Program-made: the position numbers and the translations under genes
Shown here: piece after piece, positions 46,739 to 57,870 of the stretch
How the letters are laid out: each line of letters opens with the position of its first letter
Position numbering within the stretch: the stretch's first letter is position 1
Source: Syncephalis fuscata S228
Taxonomy: Eukaryota; Fungi; Zoopagomycota
Assembly (NCBI GenBank): GCA_025786725.1
Contig: JAHLTZ010000030.1
Span: 186,001-250,000, forward strand
DNA length: 64,000 nt
Reading direction: 5' to 3'
The notes under the pieces: model-generated
The model's input: only the letters and a program-made list of their open reading frames with translations
Databases searched by the model: none
Told to the model about the DNA's origin: nothing

Positions 46739-48979
46739 GGTCATGCGTAAAAAGATTGATAAATATTAATAAAAGCCATATGATTGCGACTCCATGTCGT
46801 TCCACATCCATTATTATTATTGTTACTACGTACAGTGTAGATTATCGCATCTAAATGGTCTCTTCTATTTTCCAATCTTCTACTGTTGCATTTGGGCAGA
46901 TTTGCAATGTAAGATACTCGTCTATGATGACAAAAGGTAGGATGGCTGGCATTTTTGATGTTCACCATTCTCTTAAGCATTCTTGGCATCAACTTGGTAG
47001 ATGCAGACTCTTTGTTAACCATTGATAAAACAAATTAGCCTCCACCATATACAATAATGATAGGCTAAGTGTCTTCACCAGTAACATCTTGGGGCGACAG
47101 TTGTAACCAAAAGATACGGCATGTCGTTGAGATTACTTGAACAGGTGTTGATGTAAAATAAGAGAAATAAAGACTAGTGATTGAATAGTGTTTTTTATTG
47201 ATGTTCAAATACGCATGCTATTTATATTGTTATATTTAGCATTATTGTATAATATTAGCTGCTTACATTGATAAATAATTAAATTAAGCCTTATAATAGT
47301 TGGCTTAGTTGGTGGTTGTATAAATGTAAGTATATAAGAAGTTACAATGTGATTGTAAATATTTATCCGTACAAACAACCAGAACTATAAAGTATAGTGA
47401 CGATAATCAAGTATTTAACTACTAAAGCTCATTGATTCAATTTTATTTACAACTCTCTGTTTTCTGTGCGTTATCTCAATTTAACATTGTTGCTGTTCTA
47501 GCTGCATTAGCAACAGTCAGCTTTTGATAAACGCAGTCCAGCTTAGCATAACTATAATGATTTGTTATGAGTTAAATCGGTAAACCTTGAGCTACCAGTT
47601 GTTTTTTTATTGGCTTCTGCTTTGGTTTGTTCTTCCATATTCTATTTTGCTTGACTTATCAGAAGTGGTTTCAGAAATGTAAGTAACACTTAGGCCTTGG
47701 ATAATTACCCATTAATATGCAATTCATTGCAATTATAAACTCGGGATTGCTGATATTTGGTTAGAACTTTCTATTGTGTCTATTCTAGTGTTTTTATATT
47801 GTATTGCGTGTAATTTAGCCGATGCAGTTTAGTCGACAGCTGAAACTGATAAAATGACTTGTTAGAATGTTTCATTGCTCAAAATGCCATGGTGCATCAT
47901 GCTACAAACAGTACTTATTGTATAGTCAATTTCGGGTAATTCGGATTAGCCGCCATTTGAATGATGGTAGTTGCACAATATGTGGCATGATATGCCTGAA
48001 TGTGATGCATCTGTGAATTCAAAAAGTTATTTCCCCATAACAACAGGCATAGTGTCGAATGAAATGCACACATCTACCAATCAACACGCTTTATAATTTA
48101 AGGAATTATAACTGGCTTATTTATAGCAGTGAAAACTTGTATTAAAATGCCATTTTGATACATTAAACTTGTTTTTGTATCAGTGTTGTGTGCTAGTCTG
48201 TATGAATGCAGATATTGAGGACTAAATTGGTAGAAATGGTAGCAAAGACATCATTATCGTTTTACAAAACCAAACAATATACTTGTTTTATCAAGTAGTT
48301 AGGTGTATGATAGAAAATACAGGCTAATATGTCTATTGTTATCGTATATGTACTGGGCTATGGACACTGTTATAGTACCCGTGTCAATGATTAACAGATT
48401 AAAGTAAAGATCAAGAAAGTTATGCACTATTTTGTTTGCATGCAAATATTGAAGAACAAGTCATTCAGTGGAAGCAACAGCAAAGACATCATTGTCGCTT
48501 TTACAAAACCAACTAATATATTCTCTTTACCAAATAGTTAAAGCGTGTAACAAAAATACAAAATGATGTACATGTCTTTATCGCATAGGTATTGCTCATT
48601 GGAATTGCCAAGTCATTTGTTTAAATTTCGAGAATATTGAAACCAAGACCGGGCAGGTTAAAATCAAAACTGATTAGGTTGAAATTAAGCCTAAGAAGCA
48701 TACCATTACACCTTGAATTTATTAATATACACATATACCTCAAACCATTGTTTGGATTGTTTTATTGGTCCATACTACACATCAATAATATATCTCGTAT
48801 ACTACAGCACACCAGTACCTCAGCATAGCCATAAGTATAAATAGCCCACAAAATACACACAACCAACTGCGATGTCATCATTATACTCTATTTCTTGCTA
48901 TACACACACTATTATACACTCTATACCAACCACGTTCTATTACCTCTTTATTTGTTTGTTTTAGCAAATTAATACCAGC

Positions 48980-51900
48980 ATGAAGCTTTCCATTGCCGCC
49001 GTTTGCACCATTGCCGTGACTCTTGTGGTCAGTACAGTCATGATGGATGCTAAACCAGCCTTAGTTCGTCGTGGTATGTTACAATATCAATAAATATAAT
49101 AGTATTTGTTCATCAAGAGTATTTTTTAACTAATGACTATAATAGATGGCAAGTAATATCATATATTGGTTATTCACACACTAATTGTATGCTATTCATT
49201 GTGTGTATCACTAACTTAATATTAATAGGTTGTAAGTAGCATTGTATATTAATTGACTGTACATTAATTGTATGTATGCGCTGTGTTTAGACAACTTAAT
49301 ATTAGCGGAATGTAAGTTGTATTGTATATCAATTGATTACCCACTAATTACACGCTATGCACTATGTTTATCAATAACTTAATATCAATAGCTAGTAGGT
49401 TGTATTGCATATCAATAAAACATACACTAATTATGTATCATGAATTGCATCCATCAACAACTTAATATTAGCGGAATGTAAGTTGTATTGTATATTAATT
49501 GAATATTGACTAACTATATATTATCCATTATGTGTATCAACAACTTAATACAATAGGCCGTAAGTGATATCGTATACTGATGACCCATAAATTAATTATA
49601 TATTATGTATTGTGTGTATCAACGACTTAATATCATAGAGGGTAAGTTTTATTGTACATTAACTGACTGCGCTAATTATATACCATGCACCGTATATATC
49701 AACAACTCTACTAATAGAATGTAAGTTATATTGTATATTAATTGGGCATTGGCTAATTGTATATTATGTGTTGTGTATACCAATAACTTAACACTAATAG
49801 GCAGTAAGTAGCATTGTATATTGGTGACTTACAAATTAATTATATACCGTGTATTGCGTACATCAACAACTTGATGGAATAGTTGGTAAGTGGCATTGTA
49901 TATTAACTGACTATGCGCTAATTATATACCACGTATTGTTTGTATGAACAATTTAATACTAATAGATAGTAGGTTGTATTGTATATTAGCTATTTACTTA
50001 CTGATCATATTCATGTACCGTTTGTATCAACTTAACATTGATAGAATGTAAGTAGCATTATATATTAACTGACTACTAGCTAATTGCATATTGTGTATTG
50101 TGTATATCAATAATTTAATATCAATAGGTTGTAAGTTGTATTATATATTGATTGGCTATATACTAAATATGTTATTTACTGATTATACCAATCATTTAAC
50201 ATTAATAGGGAGTAAGTGGTATTGCATATTAATTGACTATATATTAACCATGCTATTTGTTAATCTTACCAATTATTTAATATTAATAGGGGGTAAGTAA
50301 TATTGTATATTAATTGACTATACATTACATACATTTACTGATTGTACCAACTATTTAATATTAATAGAGTGTAGGTTATATTGTATGTTACTTGAACATT
50401 CGCTAATTGTATATGATGTACTGTGTGTATCAACAACTTAATATTAATAGGCGGTAAGTTATATTGTATATTAATTGACTATTGGCTAATTATATACTAT
50501 GCGCCTATATATGAATAACTTAATATGATAGGCAGTAAGTTGTATTGTATATTAATCGACTATACATTAACTATACTATTGATTGATTGCATCGATTGCT
50601 TAATATTAATAGATTGTAAGTGGTATTGTATATTTGCTGCATATACATTAACTATGTTATTTACTAATTATACTAATTATTTAATATTAATAGGGTGTAA
50701 GTAGCATTGTATATCAACCGACTATTCACTAATTATATGCCATGCGCCGCGTATATCAATAAATTAATATGATAGGTGGTAAGTTGTATTGTATGTTAAT
50801 CGACTATACATTAACTATACTATTGATTGATTGTACCGATTGTTTAATATTAATAGATTGTAAGTAGTATTGTATATTAATTGACTATACATTAACTATG
50901 CTATTTACTGATGGTATTAATTATTTAATATTAATAGATAGTAAGTAGTATTGTATATTAGCTAAATATATATTAATTATGCTATTTACTGATTGTACCA
51001 ATCATTTAACATTAATAGTGTGTAAGTGGTATTGCATATTAATTGACTATATATTAACCATGCTATTTGTTAATCTTACCAATTATTTAATATTAATAGG
51101 GGGTAAGTAATATTGTATATTAATTGACTATACATTAGCCATACTATTTACTGATTGTACTAACTATTTAATATTAATAGAGTGTAGGTTATATTGTATG
51201 TTACTTGAACATTCGCTAATTGTATATGATGTACTGTGTGTATCAACAACTTAATATTAATAGGTCGTAAGTAGCATTGTATATTAATTGACTATTGGCT
51301 AATTATATACTATGCGCCGTACATATGAATAACTTAATATGATAGGCAGTAAGTTGTATTGTATATTAATCGACTATACATTAACTATACTATTGATTGA
51401 TTGCATCGATTGCTTAATATTAATAGATTGTAAGTGGTATTGTATATTTGCTGCATATACATTAACTATGTTATTTACTAATTATACTAATTATTTAATA
51501 TTAATAGGGTGTAAGTAGCATTGTATATCAACCGATATTCACTAATTATATGCCATGCGCCGCGTATATCAATAAATTAATATGATAGGTGGTAAGTTGT
51601 ATTGTATGTTAATCGACTATACATTAACTATATTATTGATTGATTGTACCGATTGTTTGATGTCAATAGCTAGTAAGTTGTATTGTATATTAATTGAGTA
51701 TACACTGACTATACTATTGATTGATTGCATCGATTGTTTAATATTAATAGATTGTAAGTGGTATTGTATATTCGCTGCATATACATTAACTATGTTATTT
51801 GATAATGTTATTAACTATTTAATATTAATAGACGGTAAGTTTTGTTGCGTATTAATTGACTATTAACTAATTATACATTGTATATTACGTGTACCAATAA

Positions 51901-52243
51901 ATTAATATAATAGGGGGTAAGTTTTATTGTATATTAACTGACTGTGCTAATTATATACCATGTACTGTGTGTATCAACAACTTAATATTGATAGAAAGTA
52001 AGTGATATTGTATATCAATTGACTATAAACTAACTGCATGCTATTTACTGTGTGTATGAATAACTTGTTATTACTAGCTTGTAAGTTGTATTATATGATA
52101 GTTGACTATTTCCTAATTGTATACAATGTATTATGTGCGCCAAAACCATAATATTAATAGGCAGTAAGTAGCATTGAATATTAACAGCTTTTAAATTAAC
52201 CATACAACATATAATATCTTTATTTATAAACACAGCTTCATAA
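48980..52243 (+). CDS. Micro-exon gene encoding a 73-aa secreted Cys/Trp-rich prepropeptide (40 exons, 38 of them 3-6 nt)
   Basis: Exon 1 48980-49073 (MKLSIAAVCTIAVTLVVSTVMMDAKPALVRR+G); 38 units of ..TAG-[3 or 6 nt]-GTAAGT/GTAGGT/GCAAGT; last exon CTTCATAA 52236-52243; the spliced 222-nt CDS is open and ends in TAA. Confidence 0.85.
49074..52235 (+). repeat. Tandem array of ~81-bp intron+micro-exon units, with an ~810-bp higher-order duplication
   Basis: Unit consensus GTAAGTNGTATTGTATATTAATTGACTATACAYTAAYT...AACAACTTAATATTAATAG+NNN repeated 38 times after a non-repeat first intron. Confidence 0.95.
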
Positions 52244-53170
52244 TTATTCTCAAGACATCAGCATTAGTAGTGCAATCAAACCAATATTCCAATACACTTT
52301 AGGTATATATCCAGAAAAAGCAAGACCGTTCGACAACTACACCGTCTAGTATATCTATATATTAATTTTTGGCCAATGCTTTGGTTTATCCAGTCTTTAA
52401 TCAATGGAATCATTATGTTACCAACATGTTTGCATCTGGCAGCTCATATTCAACTGTGCAAGCCTATAGTAATAAACCTATGGTTCCATCCTAGTTATAT
52501 ACAACCAAATTGCTGCATCTATAATCATGTTCTATTTGCATCCAATAATGACAATTATCAATCAAATAATTAAATTAATAACAAAATGTGTATAATTATA
52601 TCGCCTAAGCTATAGACATAGATTGGTATGGATAGTAGCAAAGCTATCATTATTATATAGCCAAATAATATTATACTGAAATTGGAATAAAAACACTTTC
52701 CTAATAAAACATGGCAATAAAGTATAAAATATTATAAACCAAAATAAATAAACAAATAAAATACGTGAATAGTGATAGCGAGACTATACTGTATGCAAGT
52801 GACCAAGAGCAATAAACAAAATGAATTGAAATCTACAAAAAGAATACAGTTAGCAATAAACTTTTGGCTTTTGTTAATATAGTTTTCTACAATTTACAAT
52901 ATTAATGATATAGATGGACATGTAGTATATGTATACAGGATAGATATGTACAGTACAATAATAATGATAAGTAAATAGTTAATGACCAATGACACTTGCC
53001 ACCCAGTTTCATCTTCAATAAAGCGAATGTTTTGTTTAAATGTGTGACTATTATAGTTATTTAACTGCCAAGTCATAGTAAACAATCAATAGTGCGCTTA
53101 ATATTGTTAAAAAAAGTTATTTTATTTAGTTGCTAAAATATCACAAGATTTAACACAAATCAAGTGATTT

Positions 53171-53545
53171 AAATAAGCAAAGCTTTAGATTAAAAAAATT
53201 GCATTTATTATAATTAACTTTTTTCCCGTCAGGCATTTTTAGATTATTATCGAAAATTATACAGTTGCAACTTCTGTTATAAATCCGCTAATTTGATAAT
53301 AATAATAATAATTCTATTAAATTTCATTGGACAATTTTTAATAAGCCAGTTTTTTGCTTTCTGGCAGTCAAAACAAACTGACATTTGTTGGTGGAACGGT
53401 CTTCATAAGGACAAATAAGCTATAATCTTGCTGAATCACTATTTTTTTTTAAAATTACAATTTTCAACAAGTCTAAACTCCTCAATAGTAATTTTCAATT
53501 CTTAGATACTGATGAATATGACTCCTTTAAATAGTTTATTAAACA
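53171..53545 (-). mobile_element. Right part of the second MULE-like copy
   Basis: Collinear with 12339-13160 with internal deletions; minus strand LICPYEDRSTNKCQFVLTARKQK. Confidence 0.7.
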
Positions 53546-53816
53546 TTATGTGTAATTGAAAAACACAATTAGACTGTTGCAGTTACTCGTGGCATACAAT
53601 ACAATAGCAAAGTATATAAATAAAATTTTAAAAATAAACTAAAGTTTTTATTAATCATTTAATAATTCAAAATTAAATAAATTTAAAAAATAATGTATTT
53701 TAAATTTTCTTTAAATTTCTTTAAATTAAAGTTTATTGAATGTATAATTGAAATCAGTAGATCTAAATGAGCATATTTTACTTAAAATAAAATAATTATA
53801 AACTTTGATATTACTC

Positions 53817-54323
53817 CTACAAAACTTTGATTTTAAAGTACTGGTAATCATTGTTCTTGCTGCATTGATTAGTGATGGTGTGTCCACGCCAAGGGAATTT
53901 ACCATCGGATTCAATACAATCCCATTTTCCGTTGTTTTTATCATCACTGTATTTGGAGATAATCTTGAATTTATCGGCCGGATAGCCTGGCTCGGTATAG
54001 ATTCTCCATAGTTGTCTTGGCTCAGCATTACAGTCGGCCAGATCGACAGCTTTTGAAGCTTGCTTGATACAACGATTAGAGGCGGTGTTTACGAATAGGT
54101 AATAGCCGCCGCGTTTTTGCAGTTTCCATTTTCTTGTTTTGGCGTCTGCATAGGTGTCATCACACAAACCAAACCAGACATCGCCGCGACTATCAAAAAG
54201 GCAGCGGCCTTCAAAAGTAACTTGAACAGTTTTGCCGTCTAAATCTTGTCTATTTACTGCATCGCTTTTGTTGGCAGTGGCCAAAAGTGTTCCGATAACA
54301 GCGAGGTATAAAATAATCTTCAT
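53817..54323 (-). CDS. Secreted ricin-B (beta-trefoil) lectin-like protein
   Basis: Signal peptide; three subdomains GRCLFD..KWKL, NRCIKQ..DCNAEPRQLW, DCIES..CSKNNDYQYF (QxW/F repeats). Confidence 0.85.
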   Translation of the reverse strand: MKIILYLAVIGTLLATANKSDAVNRQDLDGKTVQVTFEGRCLFDSRGDVWFGLCDDTYADAKTRKWKLQKRGGYYLFVNTASNRCIKQASKAVDLADCNAEPRQLWRIYTEPGYPADKFKIISKYSDDKNNGKWDCIESDGKFPWRGHTITNQCSKNNDYQYFKIKVL

Positions 54324-55652
54324 GATGAATAGAGGAATAAGTTGCTAGTAATGTTTATGGGTAATATGGGCAATGTTGTAATAAAGTTGATATCAAATAT
54401 TGGGTTGCTTTTATACTGTATTACGATTCATAGCTTGTTTTTAAACCAGTATTAATAAGATTCATAGCCTGTGCCAAATACCTAGTCTAGCCTATTTTTT
54501 TGCTGTAATACCTAAGGCCTTTTATTAACCTTATCCATTAATAGATCAATTTACTTTTATTTTTATTATATAGAATAAAGTATTATATTATTTCTTGTAT
54601 AGCCAGTTATGCTGATAGTTCTACTATTAACATGTTTATTTCAAATTAATATAGTGAAATGTAAAATTTGTATTAACGATCATTGTAAGTGACATAAATC
54701 TGTTAAAATAAAAGGCTATGTATAGTTTGAATAAGGCCCTTTAACCGCAATTTAATTTCATCAACAGGCCTATATTAACAGATCTGTATTGACAGTGGAT
54801 CATTGATAAAACATTTTAAACTGGTTTAATTGATATTAATAAAATAAATTGATTTTCATGCTAATTATAGCATCAGCATTACTATAATAGCTGTTATAAA
54901 CTATTATTATTGATTATAAAAATAGCACAGTTTAAAATTTTAAAATTTTAAACAATCGCATGCGTTGAATACCAAATTAATATGCCATTTCTGTTATAAC
55001 CATAATAGCATGTAGATATATAAATATATACTAAAATAGCGTGGCATAACAAAATAGAAATAATACATTTATTGTTTTAAATATAGATTCCCCTTTTATC
55101 TATCTATAGTCTGCGCTTGTTTTATTGCCCACACAAAGGAGATGTCGCCATGCTAATGCCATAACTCCAATCAATATTATATTGATCATATATGCCACAT
55201 TTATTTGAAACTGCAAACTCTGATTCTATCTGGTTTACATAGGAGTAGTGTAAACGATATTACAATATGTTCATCAATATTTTTTATTGGTGATTAATAA
55301 AAATTTAATAGCACACTTTTTACAATATATGAATATATATATATATGATAGATTACATTTGTATAAATGTTATATTAATGACTGGTATTATTTACTGCTA
55401 TATTTAAAAAAACCAAAATGGATAACGGATAATTGCTTGTTTCAGTTATATGTATTCGTATAGTCCATTGACTAATTGGTTATATTTATTTTACAATGTA
55501 ACAAAAAGTGTCTAATGTAAAACCTAGTTAATTTTTTGTTTTTCAGTAAGCAATATCACATAAACAGCGCTCATTCCTTTATCGTTCCATTCTACCAACA
55601 ATTGTCTCCTCTATCCATCATCAAATCCCCACGAATTTACTATCTCAACAAT

Positions 55653-56869
55653 ATGTTGAACGAAAACAAACTTATTTTTGCAGCAGGACTCTGCTTACTA
55701 AGTTTTTCGCTGCATTTTCAAGATACAACTGCAATTTCTATCCAAGGTGGATTTAACAGAGGTATATATATATTATATCGAGTATTAGCTACTAAGCACT
55801 GACTATTATTGTATTATTTTAAGTCATGACGAAAGCGAAAGGATCCATAAATCTTAATCAACCAGATCTTAAAATTGGATACAGCACAAAAAATATAAAA
55901 ATAAATACTATCCGAATGCCCTTTATCAAAACCGTAAAGTATCCATCGAATGCGCTGATCCTACAAATCTATTCAAGTATTCTGCCGTCCAAGTAAGTAA
56001 ATTATCTAATTATGTATACGATCATAAACTCAATTGTCAATATAGAGTATCTATGAAAAAATAAAAAGCCAACCAAATCTAGACTCAAGAGGAAGCGAAT
56101 TTTTAAAGATTCCATTGCATGTATTTCCGCTGGATAAATGAACAACATGCTTTGTTTTTTCACAAAAACAGAAGATTGCTCCAATCAAAAAGTCTATGAC
56201 TCCAATGACGACCAAAAGGCCGCTCTGCTATTCAGTTTATTCAAACAAATACTCCAAGGTACGCTATAGCTATTAATAAAACCATACTTTATTTATTTCT
56301 TATTAGCTATGGCTTTTCTAAATCGCTACGGATGGTCATATAACATTTATGGACTAAACAGTAAGTTATTGCTAACAGTCATCTCGGTTGCTAATTGATA
56401 ATTGTAGACATGTTTATTGATATGACGTCAACTAAATCACTAAATGTCTGGATACCCGAAATGTCATATTACACACCATTAAAATTTAATAAAGATGGCA
56501 CGGTACAACTAGACAAGCGTCCAAATAAGTCTACATCCGAGTCTCCACCAGAGTTTGAAACTCAAACTTTAGTGGATCCACTGAAGACTACCACATGGAT
56601 GTTTACTTACACTTGTAGCTAGAAATCCGGTATTTCAGACATTCGTCGCCCTAAAAGCAGCAATCAAAGCAGGAGAAAACATACGATTTGCTTTAATTGG
56701 TTTAATAACTCCACTGGCTTCCGAGGCTTTTGGAGTATTTGAGCTTTTGCAACTGCTACTCGTTGGTGATGTTAAAAAACGACTTACACCACAGCAAGCT
56801 TGGACAGAGGCAATGAATTTTAAAGACTCTGGCGCGCAACGCGGTATCATGCCCGCCAAGAAGCCTTAA
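55653..56869 (+). CDS. Secreted degenerate protein-kinase-fold protein (pseudokinase candidate), multi-exon
   Basis: Signal peptide MLNENKLIFAAGLCLLSFSLHFQDTTA; LFKQILQ-AMAFLNRYGWSYNIYGLN-NMFID...VWIPEMS aligns by eye to kinase alphaE/catalytic loop/DFG region without HRD or DFG; some frameshifts. Confidence 0.55.
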
Positions 56870-57219
56870 GTATTGATATTAAACAACTATAGTCATTTAC
56901 AATGAATTATTATAATTTATAATAAAACAGAATTTGCGCTGATATTCACTACACATATGCCAAGTAAATAACAGAATTAAAAATATAAGCATTATAAAGT
57001 ATATATATGAAAACTAGCAATATTTATAGCATTGCTACTTGTATTTTAACAATTATATTTATTTTATTACAAAAAATTTTCATTATTTACTTTCGTGCCC
57101 CACCTTGCATCTAAAAACAAACATTATCCGTTAGTCTATATCAACCAAAATAAACACCAATATCAACAGTGCAACTAAATGGCTCAGTATGTATATAGTA
57201 GCTTCAGCGTACAAATGTA

Positions 57220-57290
57220 CATCAGGTCTAACATGTCTGAAAATATAGACTCATCCTTGCCAATCTCTTACAGTTATATTCACTGCTTAT
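57220..57290 (-). ncRNA. Candidate intronic box C/D snoRNA
   Basis: AGACATGTTAGAC directly before CTGA (box D) is antisense to LSU rRNA GUCUAACAUGU; box C degenerate; lies in minus-strand intron ~57110-57304. Confidence 0.5.
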
Positions 57291-57418
57291 TCCCAGTTAC
57301 TTACATAACCGCCTCTTTGGCTGATCAATAGACACTGTACGCAAATGGACCTAACAATAGAATAAAAGATAACTTGTAAGCATTTATCATTATTTGCACA
57401 AAAATTATCAAAATGTAT

Positions 57419-57499
57419 AGATTCAGTTCAATGTAGTTGTCATCAAACACAATGTGTATGAAGTCTAACATGTCAAAAATACATTATATCATCATTATC
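57419..57499 (-). ncRNA. Intronic box C/D snoRNA, snR58-type guide (LSU Cm663 equivalent)
   Basis: Box C ATGATGA, C' TGATGA, box D CTGA; guide ACATGTTAGACT antisense to LSU AGUCUAACAUGU; the D'+5 rule (D'=CATA) points to the C of GUCUAAC. Confidence 0.7.
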
Positions 57500-57673
57500 G
57501 CAAATCATTAAAAGCGCAACGCAGCAGCAAAAAGTCAAATAAAATACCCACTGTAAAAGCAGTATATTTATCAACATATAACTTGATTCATCGAGCGTAT
57601 TCCTAATACAATAATAGTTGGTTAGCAATCATTTTTAACAAGCAAAACAAAACAAAAGCAATATAACAATGTA

Positions 57674-57870
57674 AAATGTCTCCCCTTTGGGTAATGCTGT
57701 TCAGATCATGACCCCCCTGGGGCCTGGCTTACGCCTGACACAGACAGCGACCGTGAAAAGTGGAGTTAATTTATTCTAGGCCACGCTTTGACCTGCTCAG
57801 TCCACGAGCAACGTATATAGTATATAACAGTATACGCCGCAAAAACAGGCAGGCTTCGATCGGGCCAGAT
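57674..57870 (-). ncRNA. Intronic box H/ACA snoRNA, snR46/ACA16-type first pocket
   Basis: Hairpin-AGAATA (H box)-hairpin-ACATTT; pocket 1 strands ATCGAAG/TCAAAG pair with LSU UUUGA-UN-CUUCGAU; inside minus-strand intron ~57603-57926. Confidence 0.8.

Noticed and set aside
46741-47122. Possible small gene on the minus strand (93-aa ORF)
   Set aside because: No recognisable motif, frames interrupted, and the 3' part runs into a dispersed repeat
50091-51866. ORF-track entries 50091-50300 and 51582-51866 (Ile/Leu/Cys/Tyr-rich repeats)
   Set aside because: Chance read-through of intron units whose length is near a multiple of 3; non-ATG or internal starts and no context
49074-52235. CRISPR array or plain satellite interpretation of the ~81-bp repeat
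   Set aside because: Eukaryotic context, no cas genes, the variable slot is only 3-6 nt, and it is bounded by spliceosomal signals that join into an open frame
57680-57830. RNase MRP/P, U11/U12 or telomerase RNA for the GC-rich island
   Set aside because: Their signature motifs were not found; H/ACA architecture with rRNA-complementary pockets fits better
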